The notes below the pieces were generated by a model. The model worked only from the letters and a program-made list of their open reading frames with translations. It ran no database searches and had not been told where the DNA came from. From Haloquadratum walsbyi C23 (lineage in GTDB: Archaea > Halobacteriota > Halobacteria > Halobacteriales > Haloferacaceae), in the NCBI RefSeq assembly GCF_000237865.1, contig NC_017459.1, positions 2,580,001 to 2,612,000 of the forward strand: a stretch of DNA of 32,000 nucleotides, in the 5' to 3' direction. The position numbers were made by a program, and so were the translations under genes. Below are positions 18,780 to 27,467 of the stretch, in pieces (positions within the stretch are counted from its first letter, which is position 1; each line of letters opens with the position of its first letter).

Positions 18780-18994
18780 GCATCGACAAAGGATATCAAG
18801 TCGCCCTGCACCACCAGCAAGATCGTCTAAGTTCGGGAACCCTCCTGTCCGTCGTGTGGGTTCGAGTATGACCGTGATGCGAACGCGTCGTTGAAGATCT
18901 TAGAATGCGGTTTTTCTGAACTAAGGGTAGGATGACCCGAGACACGTTCATGGAGGCTGCGCTGCCTACAGATACCCATTCAGTATCTGCAAAG

Positions 18995-19060
18995 CGCGTC
19001 GTAGAAACGGGAAGCCTCGGGGCTTTGATTTTGATGTTGATGTGACCCCGAGGCGATTCA
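18995..19060. repeat. Hairpin repeat unit of the IS-end-like family
   Basis: gtagaaacgggaaGCCTCGGGGctttgattttgatgttgatgtgaCCCCGAGGCgattcac has a perfect 9-bp stem (19014-19022 with 19046-19054). Both arms recur at 13205-13360, and the tgaccccgaggc arm also at 15856-15870. Confidence 0.55.
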
Positions 19061-19067
19061 CACTCGA

Positions 19068-20159
19068 CTACTCACTTGGGGCTATTATCGATTCTGGCAC
19101 CGGTGATGGACTTGGACCGTCACCAGGTCTAGGTGCAGTTGGTGCTGTTGGGGCTGTTGGGATTGCACCACCAGTGCTTGCTCCAGCGTTTTGAGCTCCA
19201 TTGGAGTCCGGCGTCGCGGGGGCACCAGGTCGCTTATTTCCACTTACAAGGAATGTCGCAAGATTACCGAGTAACACTTCATTATGTGCGACGTACACAT
19301 TCGTCGGCATCATAAAGTCAGTGTCACCGACGATAGCAACATTTCCTGACGTTGCTGCGACCGTGTAAGTTGCCTCACGCCGTGTTGGTTCACGAACAGT
19401 TCGATCAACTGTATTGAGTGCGGGTTCTGCAGAGGCTGTCGAAATCGCAACTGCTTCTCGGAGAACAACACGGTCAATCCCCTGAGAAAGGGGATTTCTG
19501 CTCTCAGCTGGAGTCGTCGCATAAATACTCTTGAAGTTATTCTGGTACTCATGCATATTATAGAGATACCCAGACTGTGCAGCAAATCCAAAGCTGGATG
19601 CAAGACCAGTATACTGTGCAGAAGACTCCTGAATCGAGAGCCCTAACAAACCACCGCCAACGCTGATGGCTGCGGGATCTGCAAGTAATGTCACACGACC
19701 GCCAGCGTCTGCAAACTTCTCAAGACCAGCCAATTGTCCCGATTTGTATGGTTGTGTTGGGTTCGCAATGACAACTGCATCTGCACTTCGGAGTGATTCA
19801 TTCCATGCTGGTCCACGAGCCTGCTCGCGAGAGAGAATCTGAACTGTGTGACCACTCTTGACAAGGGCGTTCGTCAGCGTTGAAAGCTTTTCATCAGAGA
19901 GTCGATTCGAATGCGCTTTATCAATCAAGACTGTTTTCGACTCACCTGGACCTGGTCCATCAACGGCGATATTCCCCTCTTCAGTATTTGGTGTAATCTG
20001 GACACTGTCTGTGTTCGTCTGTCCTGCGGCGAGATTTGTCACCTCAGGCGTCGTCCCACCACTCACAAATGGTATGACTAATGCACCGATGAGAACCACT
20101 GTGACAATGAGGGCAAAAACCGCAGCTGGAGCAGTGAGCTCACGCACTTGCATTGGCAT
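19068..20159 (-). CDS. Membrane-anchored DUF4350/GldG-like protein with a Pro-rich C-terminal tail; start uncertain (20159, 20153 or 20195)
   Basis: N-terminal TM APAAVFALIVTVVLIGALVIPFV. The TVLIDKAHSNRL...ADAVVIANPTQPY...LEKFADAGGRVTLLADP pattern resembles DUF4350 or the GldG N-terminal domain. The C-terminus carries PTAPTAPTAPRPGDGPSPSP. Confidence 0.55.
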   Translation of the reverse strand: MPMQVRELTAPAAVFALIVTVVLIGALVIPFVSGGTTPEVTNLAAGQTNTDSVQITPNTEEGNIAVDGPGPGESKTVLIDKAHSNRLSDEKLSTLTNALVKSGHTVQILSREQARGPAWNESLRSADAVVIANPTQPYKSGQLAGLEKFADAGGRVTLLADPAAISVGGGLLGLSIQESSAQYTGLASSFGFAAQSGYLYNMHEYQNNFKSIYATTPAESRNPLSQGIDRVVLREAVAISTASAEPALNTVDRTVREPTRREATYTVAATSGNVAIVGDTDFMMPTNVYVAHNEVLLGNLATFLVSGNKRPGAPATPDSNGAQNAGASTGGAIPTAPTAPTAPRPGDGPSPSPVPESIIAPSE

Positions 20160-21057
20160 CCACCCCCATCCCCGGGTCATGATATGGAATTTCATTGATT
20201 GCTAACGGTTGTGTCACCGGGATTGCCATTGCATCGTTTGATGTCTGTTGTTTATATATCATTTTCTGCCCATCAACAGTTGTTGCAAAGAAAATAAGAC
20301 CACCACGTGGTGGCTCCTTCCGTACGATATCATAGTCCTCCATTCCAGCCATCTCAGCAGCATGATCAATTGCAACTGAGAGTGTCCCGAGTTGATCGAT
20401 TAACCCATTTTCGGCAGCACGAGGACCAAGGTATGTCTTTGCATTCGCTATTTCCTCTCGCGAAAGTGTAATATTTTCACCACGATGTTCAACTACACGG
20501 TTGACAAACTGTCGTTTAAGTGATTCAACTTGCTGACGTCGTTGTTCGGTTGTTGGTTGTGCCTTATCTGGACCTGTTCGGATAATCCGATCTGGCACAG
20601 GTGCTGTCCCACCGGCACCAATCACCCCAACACTCCCGACCTGCCCGGACGAGAGCATAAATGTCTCATTCGCTGGTAATATTCCATAATATGCTCCAGA
20701 GGCACTAACTCCTTGAACAGAGGCAACAACAGGTATCTCCTTTGCAGTGCGAAGCACCTCAAGATATAATCGTTCGCTCGGGGCAACTGCGCCACCACCG
20801 CTATCGACTTTCAAAACAACCGATTTAATCGAGTCGTTTATTCGCGCTTCTCGAAGGTCTTCAGAAAGAGTATCGACCTTTGATCCAGTGATTACTCCTG
20901 AGACTGTGATTACAGAAACGGTCCCCTCAGACTGAGCGGACTGCGCATAGTCGTAAGCGACGGGGGCAAGAACTGCACTTACCACAACCGCTGCAGCGAC
21001 GGCAACAATATAGAACGTATTTGTTGACCCTGCAGACGAGTCATTATTACGGCTCAT
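20140..21057 (-). CDS. sppA: Signal peptide peptidase SppA (S49 family, 36K type)
   Basis: N-terminal TM, KSVVLKVDSGGGAVAPSE, and VSASGAYY, which contains the Ser nucleophile motif. ATG at 21057 preferred over the TTG at 21075. Confidence 0.85.
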   Translation of the reverse strand: MSRNNDSSAGSTNTFYIVAVAAAVVVSAVLAPVAYDYAQSAQSEGTVSVITVSGVITGSKVDTLSEDLREARINDSIKSVVLKVDSGGGAVAPSERLYLEVLRTAKEIPVVASVQGVSASGAYYGILPANETFMLSSGQVGSVGVIGAGGTAPVPDRIIRTGPDKAQPTTEQRRQQVESLKRQFVNRVVEHRGENITLSREEIANAKTYLGPRAAENGLIDQLGTLSVAIDHAAEMAGMEDYDIVRKEPPRGGLIFFATTVDGQKMIYKQQTSNDAMAIPVTQPLAINEIPYHDPGMGVDANASA

Positions 21058-21282
21058 GCTACGTTCATCTCTCAATAGTCAGTAAGTTAAATTATCCCAG
21101 GCAGTGCTACTGAGTCTGCAACACTTGTCGGCATGAAGAGTAATATCATCCAAACGAAAATCATGATGACCTACCATCCAGTATCTTGCGGTCACATACA
21201 AAATCTGAAATGTATATATGATGCCCTCTGTGAGGAAATACGAGACCTCAGTGAATATCTCTGTATAAAGATATAATAACCC

Positions 21283-22062
21283 TCACTCGGTGAGTCCATA
21301 TCCACGACGAAACAAAACAATATCTCCAATAACAACAATACCGGTCAGTCCCACAAGAACGATTAATGATTGTGTCGGGTCAACTTCACTTACGCCAAGA
21401 AATCCAAATCGAACGCCATTGACCATGTATATCATTGGATTCAGCAAAGATACCTGTTGCAGTATCAATGGAAGTTCGTTGAGTGAGTAAAAAACGCCAC
21501 CAAAGAATACCAGTGGGCGAAGAATAAACTGATTCATCATCGTTAGATCATCAAAATCATCAGCCCATAATCCCCCGGCAACGCCTAACGCGGCAAATAA
21601 CAGTGATATGACAATCCCAAATGCAGCAAGATAAACCGGCTGTGCAACGCCAACAGCGGTAAAGAATGCTCCAATAAGTGCAACGAGTATCCCAACAATC
21701 ACTCCACGAAGAGCAGAAGAGAGGACATACGCGATCACCATGCTTCGGTATGAGAGTGGTGATGTAATTGCCTCCTCAATATACCGATTCCATCGACCAT
21801 GAAAAATAGAGAATGAGGCATTCTCAAATGCGTTCGAAATAGCACCGAGAACGACCAACCCAGGCAGAATAAATAAAATATAGGGAACACCAGCAATCAG
21901 GTTAATCCGTTCACCAAGAACAACGCCAAACACAGAAAAGTATAATATATTTGTAATAAAGGGTGGAATAAATGTATTTCGTGGTCGACGAATAAATCTG
22001 AGTGTTTCTCGGCGAAGTAATGTAATAAATCCGGTAAGATCAATATCTGTGGACATGCTCAC
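21283..22062 (-). CDS. ABC-2 type exporter permease
   Basis: 259 aa, six TM helices, ABC-2 topology. It overlaps the upstream ATPase gene by 4 nt. Confidence 0.85.
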   Translation of the reverse strand: MSMSTDIDLTGFITLLRRETLRFIRRPRNTFIPPFITNILYFSVFGVVLGERINLIAGVPYILFILPGLVVLGAISNAFENASFSIFHGRWNRYIEEAITSPLSYRSMVIAYVLSSALRGVIVGILVALIGAFFTAVGVAQPVYLAAFGIVISLLFAALGVAGGLWADDFDDLTMMNQFILRPLVFFGGVFYSLNELPLILQQVSLLNPMIYMVNGVRFGFLGVSEVDPTQSLIVLVGLTGIVVIGDIVLFRRGYGLTE

Positions 22063-23009
22063 GGCGTAGTCATCTCCGTTGATTCACGTTCGTCGCTGCG
22101 TGTCATCTCGACGAATACTTCCTCAAGTGACGTGCGCTTGATCTCCAAATCAATAATCTCATGCCCACTTGCATCGAGTTTCCTTACGATCTCAGGAGCA
22201 ACAAGCCCCCCACGGTGTGCTGTGATTACTATCCGGCGTCCATCGAGATTGACAGTGACAATACGATCATCATTACTGGTCAAATCTGGAATAGCCGTCG
22301 GTGAATCACGAAGTTTGACGACAATATCATCTGTTCCCCGGTTCATTAATGTCTCTGGACTTGCAACATCAATGACACGCCCAGAGTCAAGAATTGCAAC
22401 CTCATCACACAGACGCTCGGCTTCCTCTATATAATGTGTTGTCAACAAAATTGTCGTTCCACCCTCATTTAATTTAGTGATTGTTTCCCAGAGTTCGCGT
22501 CGGAGTTGCACATCGACACCAGCCGTTGGTTCATCGAGAATCAGTAGATCTGGGTTGGTAATAAGCGCACGGGCGAGCACAAATCGTCGCTTCATACCAC
22601 CTGAAAGCCAGTCAAATCGCGTATTACGCTTTTCATATATTCCCACGCGCTTGAGTACCTCTGCGGCTCGATTACGTGCACGTTCTTTACTGATTCCATG
22701 ATATCCTGCTTTATGTGCAAGCACCTCTCGGATTGGAAAAAATCGGTCAACGTTGAACTCCTGTGGGGCAAGCCCGATGCAATCACGAGCTGCTTGGTAT
22801 TCAGATTCAACATCATGTCCAAACACCTTTGCGGTCCCACCAGTGGCGCGAACAAGACCAACTAAAATATTAATGAATGTCGTTTTCCCAGCCCCATTTG
22901 GACCAAGCAATCCGAAAAACGATCCCTCTGGGACGGTTAGATCGACGCCAGATAGGGCTTTGACATCTCCATATGACTTCTCAAGGGCGTCGATCTCAAT
23001 CGCAGGCAT
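22059..23009 (-). CDS. ABC transporter ATP-binding protein (DrrA/ABC-2 subfamily)
   Basis: Walker A GPNGAGKTT, signature LSGGMKRR, Walker B LLILDEPTAGVD, and the H-loop TTHY. Confidence 0.9.
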   Translation of the reverse strand: MPAIEIDALEKSYGDVKALSGVDLTVPEGSFFGLLGPNGAGKTTFINILVGLVRATGGTAKVFGHDVESEYQAARDCIGLAPQEFNVDRFFPIREVLAHKAGYHGISKERARNRAAEVLKRVGIYEKRNTRFDWLSGGMKRRFVLARALITNPDLLILDEPTAGVDVQLRRELWETITKLNEGGTTILLTTHYIEEAERLCDEVAILDSGRVIDVASPETLMNRGTDDIVVKLRDSPTAIPDLTSNDDRIVTVNLDGRRIVITAHRGGLVAPEIVRKLDASGHEIIDLEIKRTSLEEVFVEMTRSDERESTEMTTP

Positions 23010-23398
23010 GAATATAATCCGTTCCTGCGCCGATTAATGCTTGTTGAAACCGATTTTTATTATAAAGTGATCATAACAATGTGGATAGCGTACACATGCT
23101 AATACCTTGATAGGTTATGCTGCCAGTTAAAATTGGAAACTATTCGCTACCTGAATGGTTAGTCTATTTATCAATACAGCAAGATGTTCTATCTCAGGTG
23201 ATACCTGTCAGATGTGACTATAATACTAACAGCGGGCTGGTCATAATATATACTTGTCCAGTAACGAGTGTATGTGTGACATGTAACATCATACCAACTT
23301 AGGAGTTATTATCTGACTTATTCGAATAACGAATATTATCATTATAAATCATTAACTTTTTGTATATCATACAAAATGATGATGATGAGGACAACGCA

Positions 23399-24433
23399 AT
23401 GAATCCAACAGAACTCGACGATAATGTCTTTAATCGCGATATTGACAACCCACAGGGTGAAAAGTTCCGCAATCAGCTAAATAACCAGGATTTTGTCTTC
23501 GCTCCTGGGATGTATCATGCACTTGATGCTCGAATTGCGGAGATGACCGGTCACGATGCTGCGTATATGTCTGGATACTCGACAGTGTTGGGACAATTCG
23601 GGTTTCCCGATCTTGAGATGGTCACAATGACTGAAATGGTTGAGAACGCAAAACGAATGGCTGAGGCGACAAACCTTCCAATCATTGCTGACTGTGACAC
23701 CGGATATGGTGGCATACATAATGTCCGTCGTGCGGTTCGTGAATATGAAAAAGCAGGTGTGGCTGCTGTTCATATCGAAGATCAAACAACGCCAAAACGC
23801 TGTGGACATATTGCTGGCAAACAAATTATCTCACGCGAAAAGGCTGAAGCGCGGTTTACCGCGGCTGTTGATGCAAAACAGTCTGAGGATACAGTCGTTA
23901 TTGCTCGAACAGACGCCTACGGTTCAGCAAATGGTGACTGGGAAGAACATCTTGAACGTGGACGGATGTATGCAGATGCTGGTGTTGATCTTGTGTGGCC
24001 TGAGATGCCAAATCCAAGCCGTGAGGATGCTGTCAACTACGCTGAAACGATTCATGAGACACATCCAGATCTCAAACTTGCGTTCAATTACTCATCGTCA
24101 TTTGCATGGTCCGAAGAAGATGACCCACTTACCTTCGAAGAACTTGGTGATCTTGGATACAAATACATCTTCATTACACTTGCCGGATTACACTCTGGTG
24201 CACATGCCGTTTATGAAGATTTCAAGAAACTAGCCGAGGCAGATGAGACTGGACAGTTCGAACTTGAGGACCGATATCTTGAGCATCCAACCGAGAGTCA
24301 TCATGAACTTTCATTCGTCTCGCGATATCAGGATATCGAGACAAAATTCGACCCCGAGGCGCGTCGCCGAATTGAACAATCTGAGGGATTCAGTGATGAA
24401 GAGACTGATCCCATCACGAGTGATGATGATTGA
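23399..24433 (+). CDS. aceA: Isocitrate lyase (haloarchaeal type, ICL/PEP-mutase superfamily)
   Basis: Signature [12 protein letters not shown] (K[KR]CGH), [11 protein letters not shown] and VIARTDA. ATG at 23399 preferred over the TTG at 23360. Confidence 0.85.
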   Translation: MNPTELDDNVFNRDIDNPQGEKFRNQLNNQDFVFAPGMYHALDARIAEMTGHDAAYMSGYSTVLGQFGFPDLEMVTMTEMVENAKRMAEATNLPIIADCDTGYGGIHNVRRAVREYEKAGVAAVHIEDQTTPKRCGHIAGKQIISREKAEARFTAAVDAKQSEDTVVIARTDAYGSANGDWEEHLERGRMYADAGVDLVWPEMPNPSREDAVNYAETIHETHPDLKLAFNYSSSFAWSEEDDPLTFEELGDLGYKYIFITLAGLHSGAHAVYEDFKKLAEADETGQFELEDRYLEHPTESHHELSFVSRYQDIETKFDPEARRRIEQSEGFSDEETDPITSDDD

Positions 24434-24472
24434 TCAGTAACTGATATTTATTATCCTATTTGATCATAGTCA

Positions 24473-24845
24473 AGGGCAGGACCCCTTCCTCAAGAAATGA
24501 GTGAAGCGAACGAGTAGCGAGGGGATACACCCGATAATAATAATATTGGTATTCGATTCTGGCATGTTTAAAAGCGTCTAACGTGGAAATCATTCAAACC
24601 GCTAGAACAGACGGTAACACCATCCGTTCTTGTCGTCTCGCCACAGTTTGGACAGGTAAACTCAACCTCTCAGCAAAGATGTTTGAAGAAAGAGTCTAGT
24701 GGGGCTGTGGACACCCCATAATAAAGAAGTCTCTCCAATTTGAAGTACAGTTGGAATTTAAATTAACCGTCGCTTGAAGCCCGAACCCCCATGCCCGTCC
24801 TCACGAAAATTGTCTCCGACGGCTAAGGATCGGGGGAGTTCACAT
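24473..24845 (+). repeat. MITE-like ~373 bp element, copy B
   Basis: Aligns over its full length with the reverse complement of 7166-7530 (see copy A). It has no ORF and starts 40 nt after the aceA stop. Confidence 0.7.
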
Positions 24846-25030
24846 AGATTCGACTTTCAGGCGGTTCTCTTGTCGATATATTGGTATCGCGTGACTGATG
24901 TTGGTGTTGGGCGATGATCATCAAATTTCGTGAGTGGATATATGCACCAACTGATTCGACCGCAATATGGATTTAAACTCGTGGACAACAGAAGAGAAAA
25001 ACACCTCCCATTGGAGAGACACATATATTC

Positions 25031-26368
25031 ATGAGTATTCTCGAAAATGTCCGCGCACTTGCTACACAGGATCCACTCTGTGATGCGTGTCTTGGTCGAG
25101 TCTTTGCCGACCGAAGTTTCGGGCTAACAAATACAGAGCGCGGTAAGAGTCTCCGCATTACAGTTTCACTTGTCGATGACACACCATATGAATCGATTGA
25201 CACAACAGCATGCTGGGTCTGTGAGGGTGCCTGCGCTGACGACCAGTTTGACTCGTGGGGGCAGCGTTGTGCGACTGCGGTAAGTGATACTGAATTCAAC
25301 ACATATCAAGTTGGCACAAAGACGCCGCCACTCATCGAAGAGAATGAGACGCTACTTCGAGAAAGTATCGGACTCCAAAGTGACGCTGGTGAGTTATTCA
25401 AATCAGAGTATAATCGCGAAGTTGGTAAGCGAGTCGGTCAACGTACCGATACGACAGTTGAATTTGGTCGACCAGATATTCAATTTACCATCGATCTTGA
25501 GGCTGATAGTGTTAATGTCGATATTCACTCTGCATTTGTTTATGGGCGATATCGCAAGCTTACGCGTGGAATTCCGCAGACAGAATGGCCCTGTAGCGCC
25601 TGTGATGGCTCCGGATATCAAGGGAGCATCGCCTGTGAAACATGTGGTGGGTCTGGATATTTATATGACGATAGCGTTGAAGAATTGACAGCACCTGTTG
25701 TCTGTGATGTGATGGATGGGACCGATTCAACATTTCATGGTGCTGGTCGCGAAGATGTTGATGCGTTGATGATTGGGACCGGTCGTCCATTTGTCATTGA
25801 GGTATTCGAACCACGGCGTCGAAATATTGATATCGACCGACTCGAAGGAGATATCAACGCATTCGCGGATGGTGCAGTTGAGGTTGAGAATCTTCGACTT
25901 GCGAATTATGAGATGGTTGAGCGGGTGAAAGAAATTGAGGCATCAAAACGCTATCGTGCAGCCGTCGTTTTTGATGCACCAATTAATGTCACCGATTTTG
26001 ATACAGCACTAACAACACTTACAGATACGACAATCGAGCAGTATACACCGAACCGAGTTGATCATCGTCGCGCCGCCATAACTCGAACCCGAACGGTATA
26101 CGATGTTGATGGGACACTCGATGATCCAACACATGCAACCGTCGAGATACACGGTGCTGGTGGATTGTATGTCAAAGAACTCATATCCGGAGATGATGGT
26201 CGAACCGAGCCAAGCCTCGCGGGATTACTTGACACTGGAGCAACGGTAACTGATCTTGATGTCCTCGGTGTCTATGCTGAGTCCGAGTCTGAGTCGTTTG
26301 AGGATGACGCATACTTCCGAACTGTGGACGCATCGTCACATCCAATATCTCACTCAGCATCGGAGTGA
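25031..26368 (+). CDS. pus10: tRNA pseudouridine(54/55) synthase Pus10
   Basis: N-terminal zinc module CDACLGR...CWVCEG, a second zinc ribbon CSACDGSGY..CETCGGSGY, and the catalytic block GAGREDVDALMIGTGRPFVIE. Confidence 0.9.
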   Translation: MSILENVRALATQDPLCDACLGRVFADRSFGLTNTERGKSLRITVSLVDDTPYESIDTTACWVCEGACADDQFDSWGQRCATAVSDTEFNTYQVGTKTPPLIEENETLLRESIGLQSDAGELFKSEYNREVGKRVGQRTDTTVEFGRPDIQFTIDLEADSVNVDIHSAFVYGRYRKLTRGIPQTEWPCSACDGSGYQGSIACETCGGSGYLYDDSVEELTAPVVCDVMDGTDSTFHGAGREDVDALMIGTGRPFVIEVFEPRRRNIDIDRLEGDINAFADGAVEVENLRLANYEMVERVKEIEASKRYRAAVVFDAPINVTDFDTALTTLTDTTIEQYTPNRVDHRRAAITRTRTVYDVDGTLDDPTHATVEIHGAGGLYVKELISGDDGRTEPSLAGLLDTGATVTDLDVLGVYAESESESFEDDAYFRTVDASSHPISHSASE

Positions 26369-26511
26369 ATATCCACCATTCGATGACGAATTGAGCAGTT
26401 AATCCTTCATTTGATATATAAAATCATAAGAAATGTGTAATATGAAACGTGAAATGTCGAACAGCGTATAACACAGGTATAATCATATATTCAATACAAG
26501 ATTGTATATAC

Positions 26512-27237
26512 ATGACCGATTCAGTGGATACCGTCAATCGAATGGGTCCCCGCATTGGATCTGATGAGGCGGGAAAAGGACCAGTGCTTGGACCGATGAT
26601 TTGTGCAGCAGTTCATGCGTCACCATCTGTCATTCCAGATGACATTGATGACTCAAAGCGGCTTAACGCTTCGACGCGTAAGCGTCTCCGAGAGACGCTT
26701 GAGTCACACACTGCCATTGATATTGGGACCGCAGTCATCCCCGTTACCCAGATTGACGGCCCTCGGACAGATATGAACACACTAACGCTCAATGGACATA
26801 TTGCAGCCATTGCGGATCTCGATGGGGTTGCTGCATTCAATGGCACAATTGTCGCTGATGCGAGTGATGTTTCTGAGTCACGCTTTGCAACACGTCTCGA
26901 ATCGGGACTTATTGATGAATGTAACGGAATTGATACTATCGCTCTCAATCACTGTAGCATTGAAGCCCGACATGGCGCAGATGAAGATGACCCACTCGTT
27001 GCTGCTGCCTCTGTTATTGCGAAGGCGCGCCGGGATGAACAAATCACAGCGCTTGCAAAAGAGTATGAAACAATCGGACCAATTGGAAGTGGCTATCCAA
27101 GTGATCAAAAAACGCGAGCGTTTCTTCGGCGATACATTCGCACAAATGGGAAAGTCCCAGCATGTGCAAGGCGTTCGTGGGCAACGGTAGATGATATCGT
27201 TGAATCGATTGAACAATCTTCTCTCTCTGATCTCTGA
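26512..27237 (+). CDS. rnhB: Ribonuclease HII
   Basis: GSDEAGKGPVLGPM (the DEAG catalytic motif) and AAASVIAKARRD. ATG at 26512 (or 26542) preferred over the GTG at 26449. Confidence 0.85.
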   Translation: MTDSVDTVNRMGPRIGSDEAGKGPVLGPMICAAVHASPSVIPDDIDDSKRLNASTRKRLRETLESHTAIDIGTAVIPVTQIDGPRTDMNTLTLNGHIAAIADLDGVAAFNGTIVADASDVSESRFATRLESGLIDECNGIDTIALNHCSIEARHGADEDDPLVAAASVIAKARRDEQITALAKEYETIGPIGSGYPSDQKTRAFLRRYIRTNGKVPACARRSWATVDDIVESIEQSSLSDL

Positions 27238-27467
27238 GTTCTGAACGATCACACTCCACACAGCCGCTGGCGCGGATTCCTTGCGGATAGGTGTCCTGTT
27301 TCTACGACCGCGCTATATCCACCACATCGGAAGCACCCGAGGATCTAAATTCAAGCGTAAGACGCTTTTTATCAACGAAGCCGTCACAAACAATTGAGTA
27401 GGGAAAAATAATTCACGTAGAGTAAGCTAGTTCATCTTGATTATATTGTATGGAATCTGCGTGAATA

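Noticed and set aside
23318-23329. Perfect 12-bp palindrome TTATTCGAATAA as a definite operator
   Set aside because: A 6+6 palindrome is expected several times by chance in 32 kb, and more often in AT-rich DNA. It is kept only as a low-interest note under the aceA finding.
23640-24233. 197 aa same-strand alternative-frame ORF within aceA
   Set aside because: The aceA frame carries the ICL signature (KRCGH). The alternative frame is basic, Leu/Gln/Arg-rich and unlike the acidic proteome.
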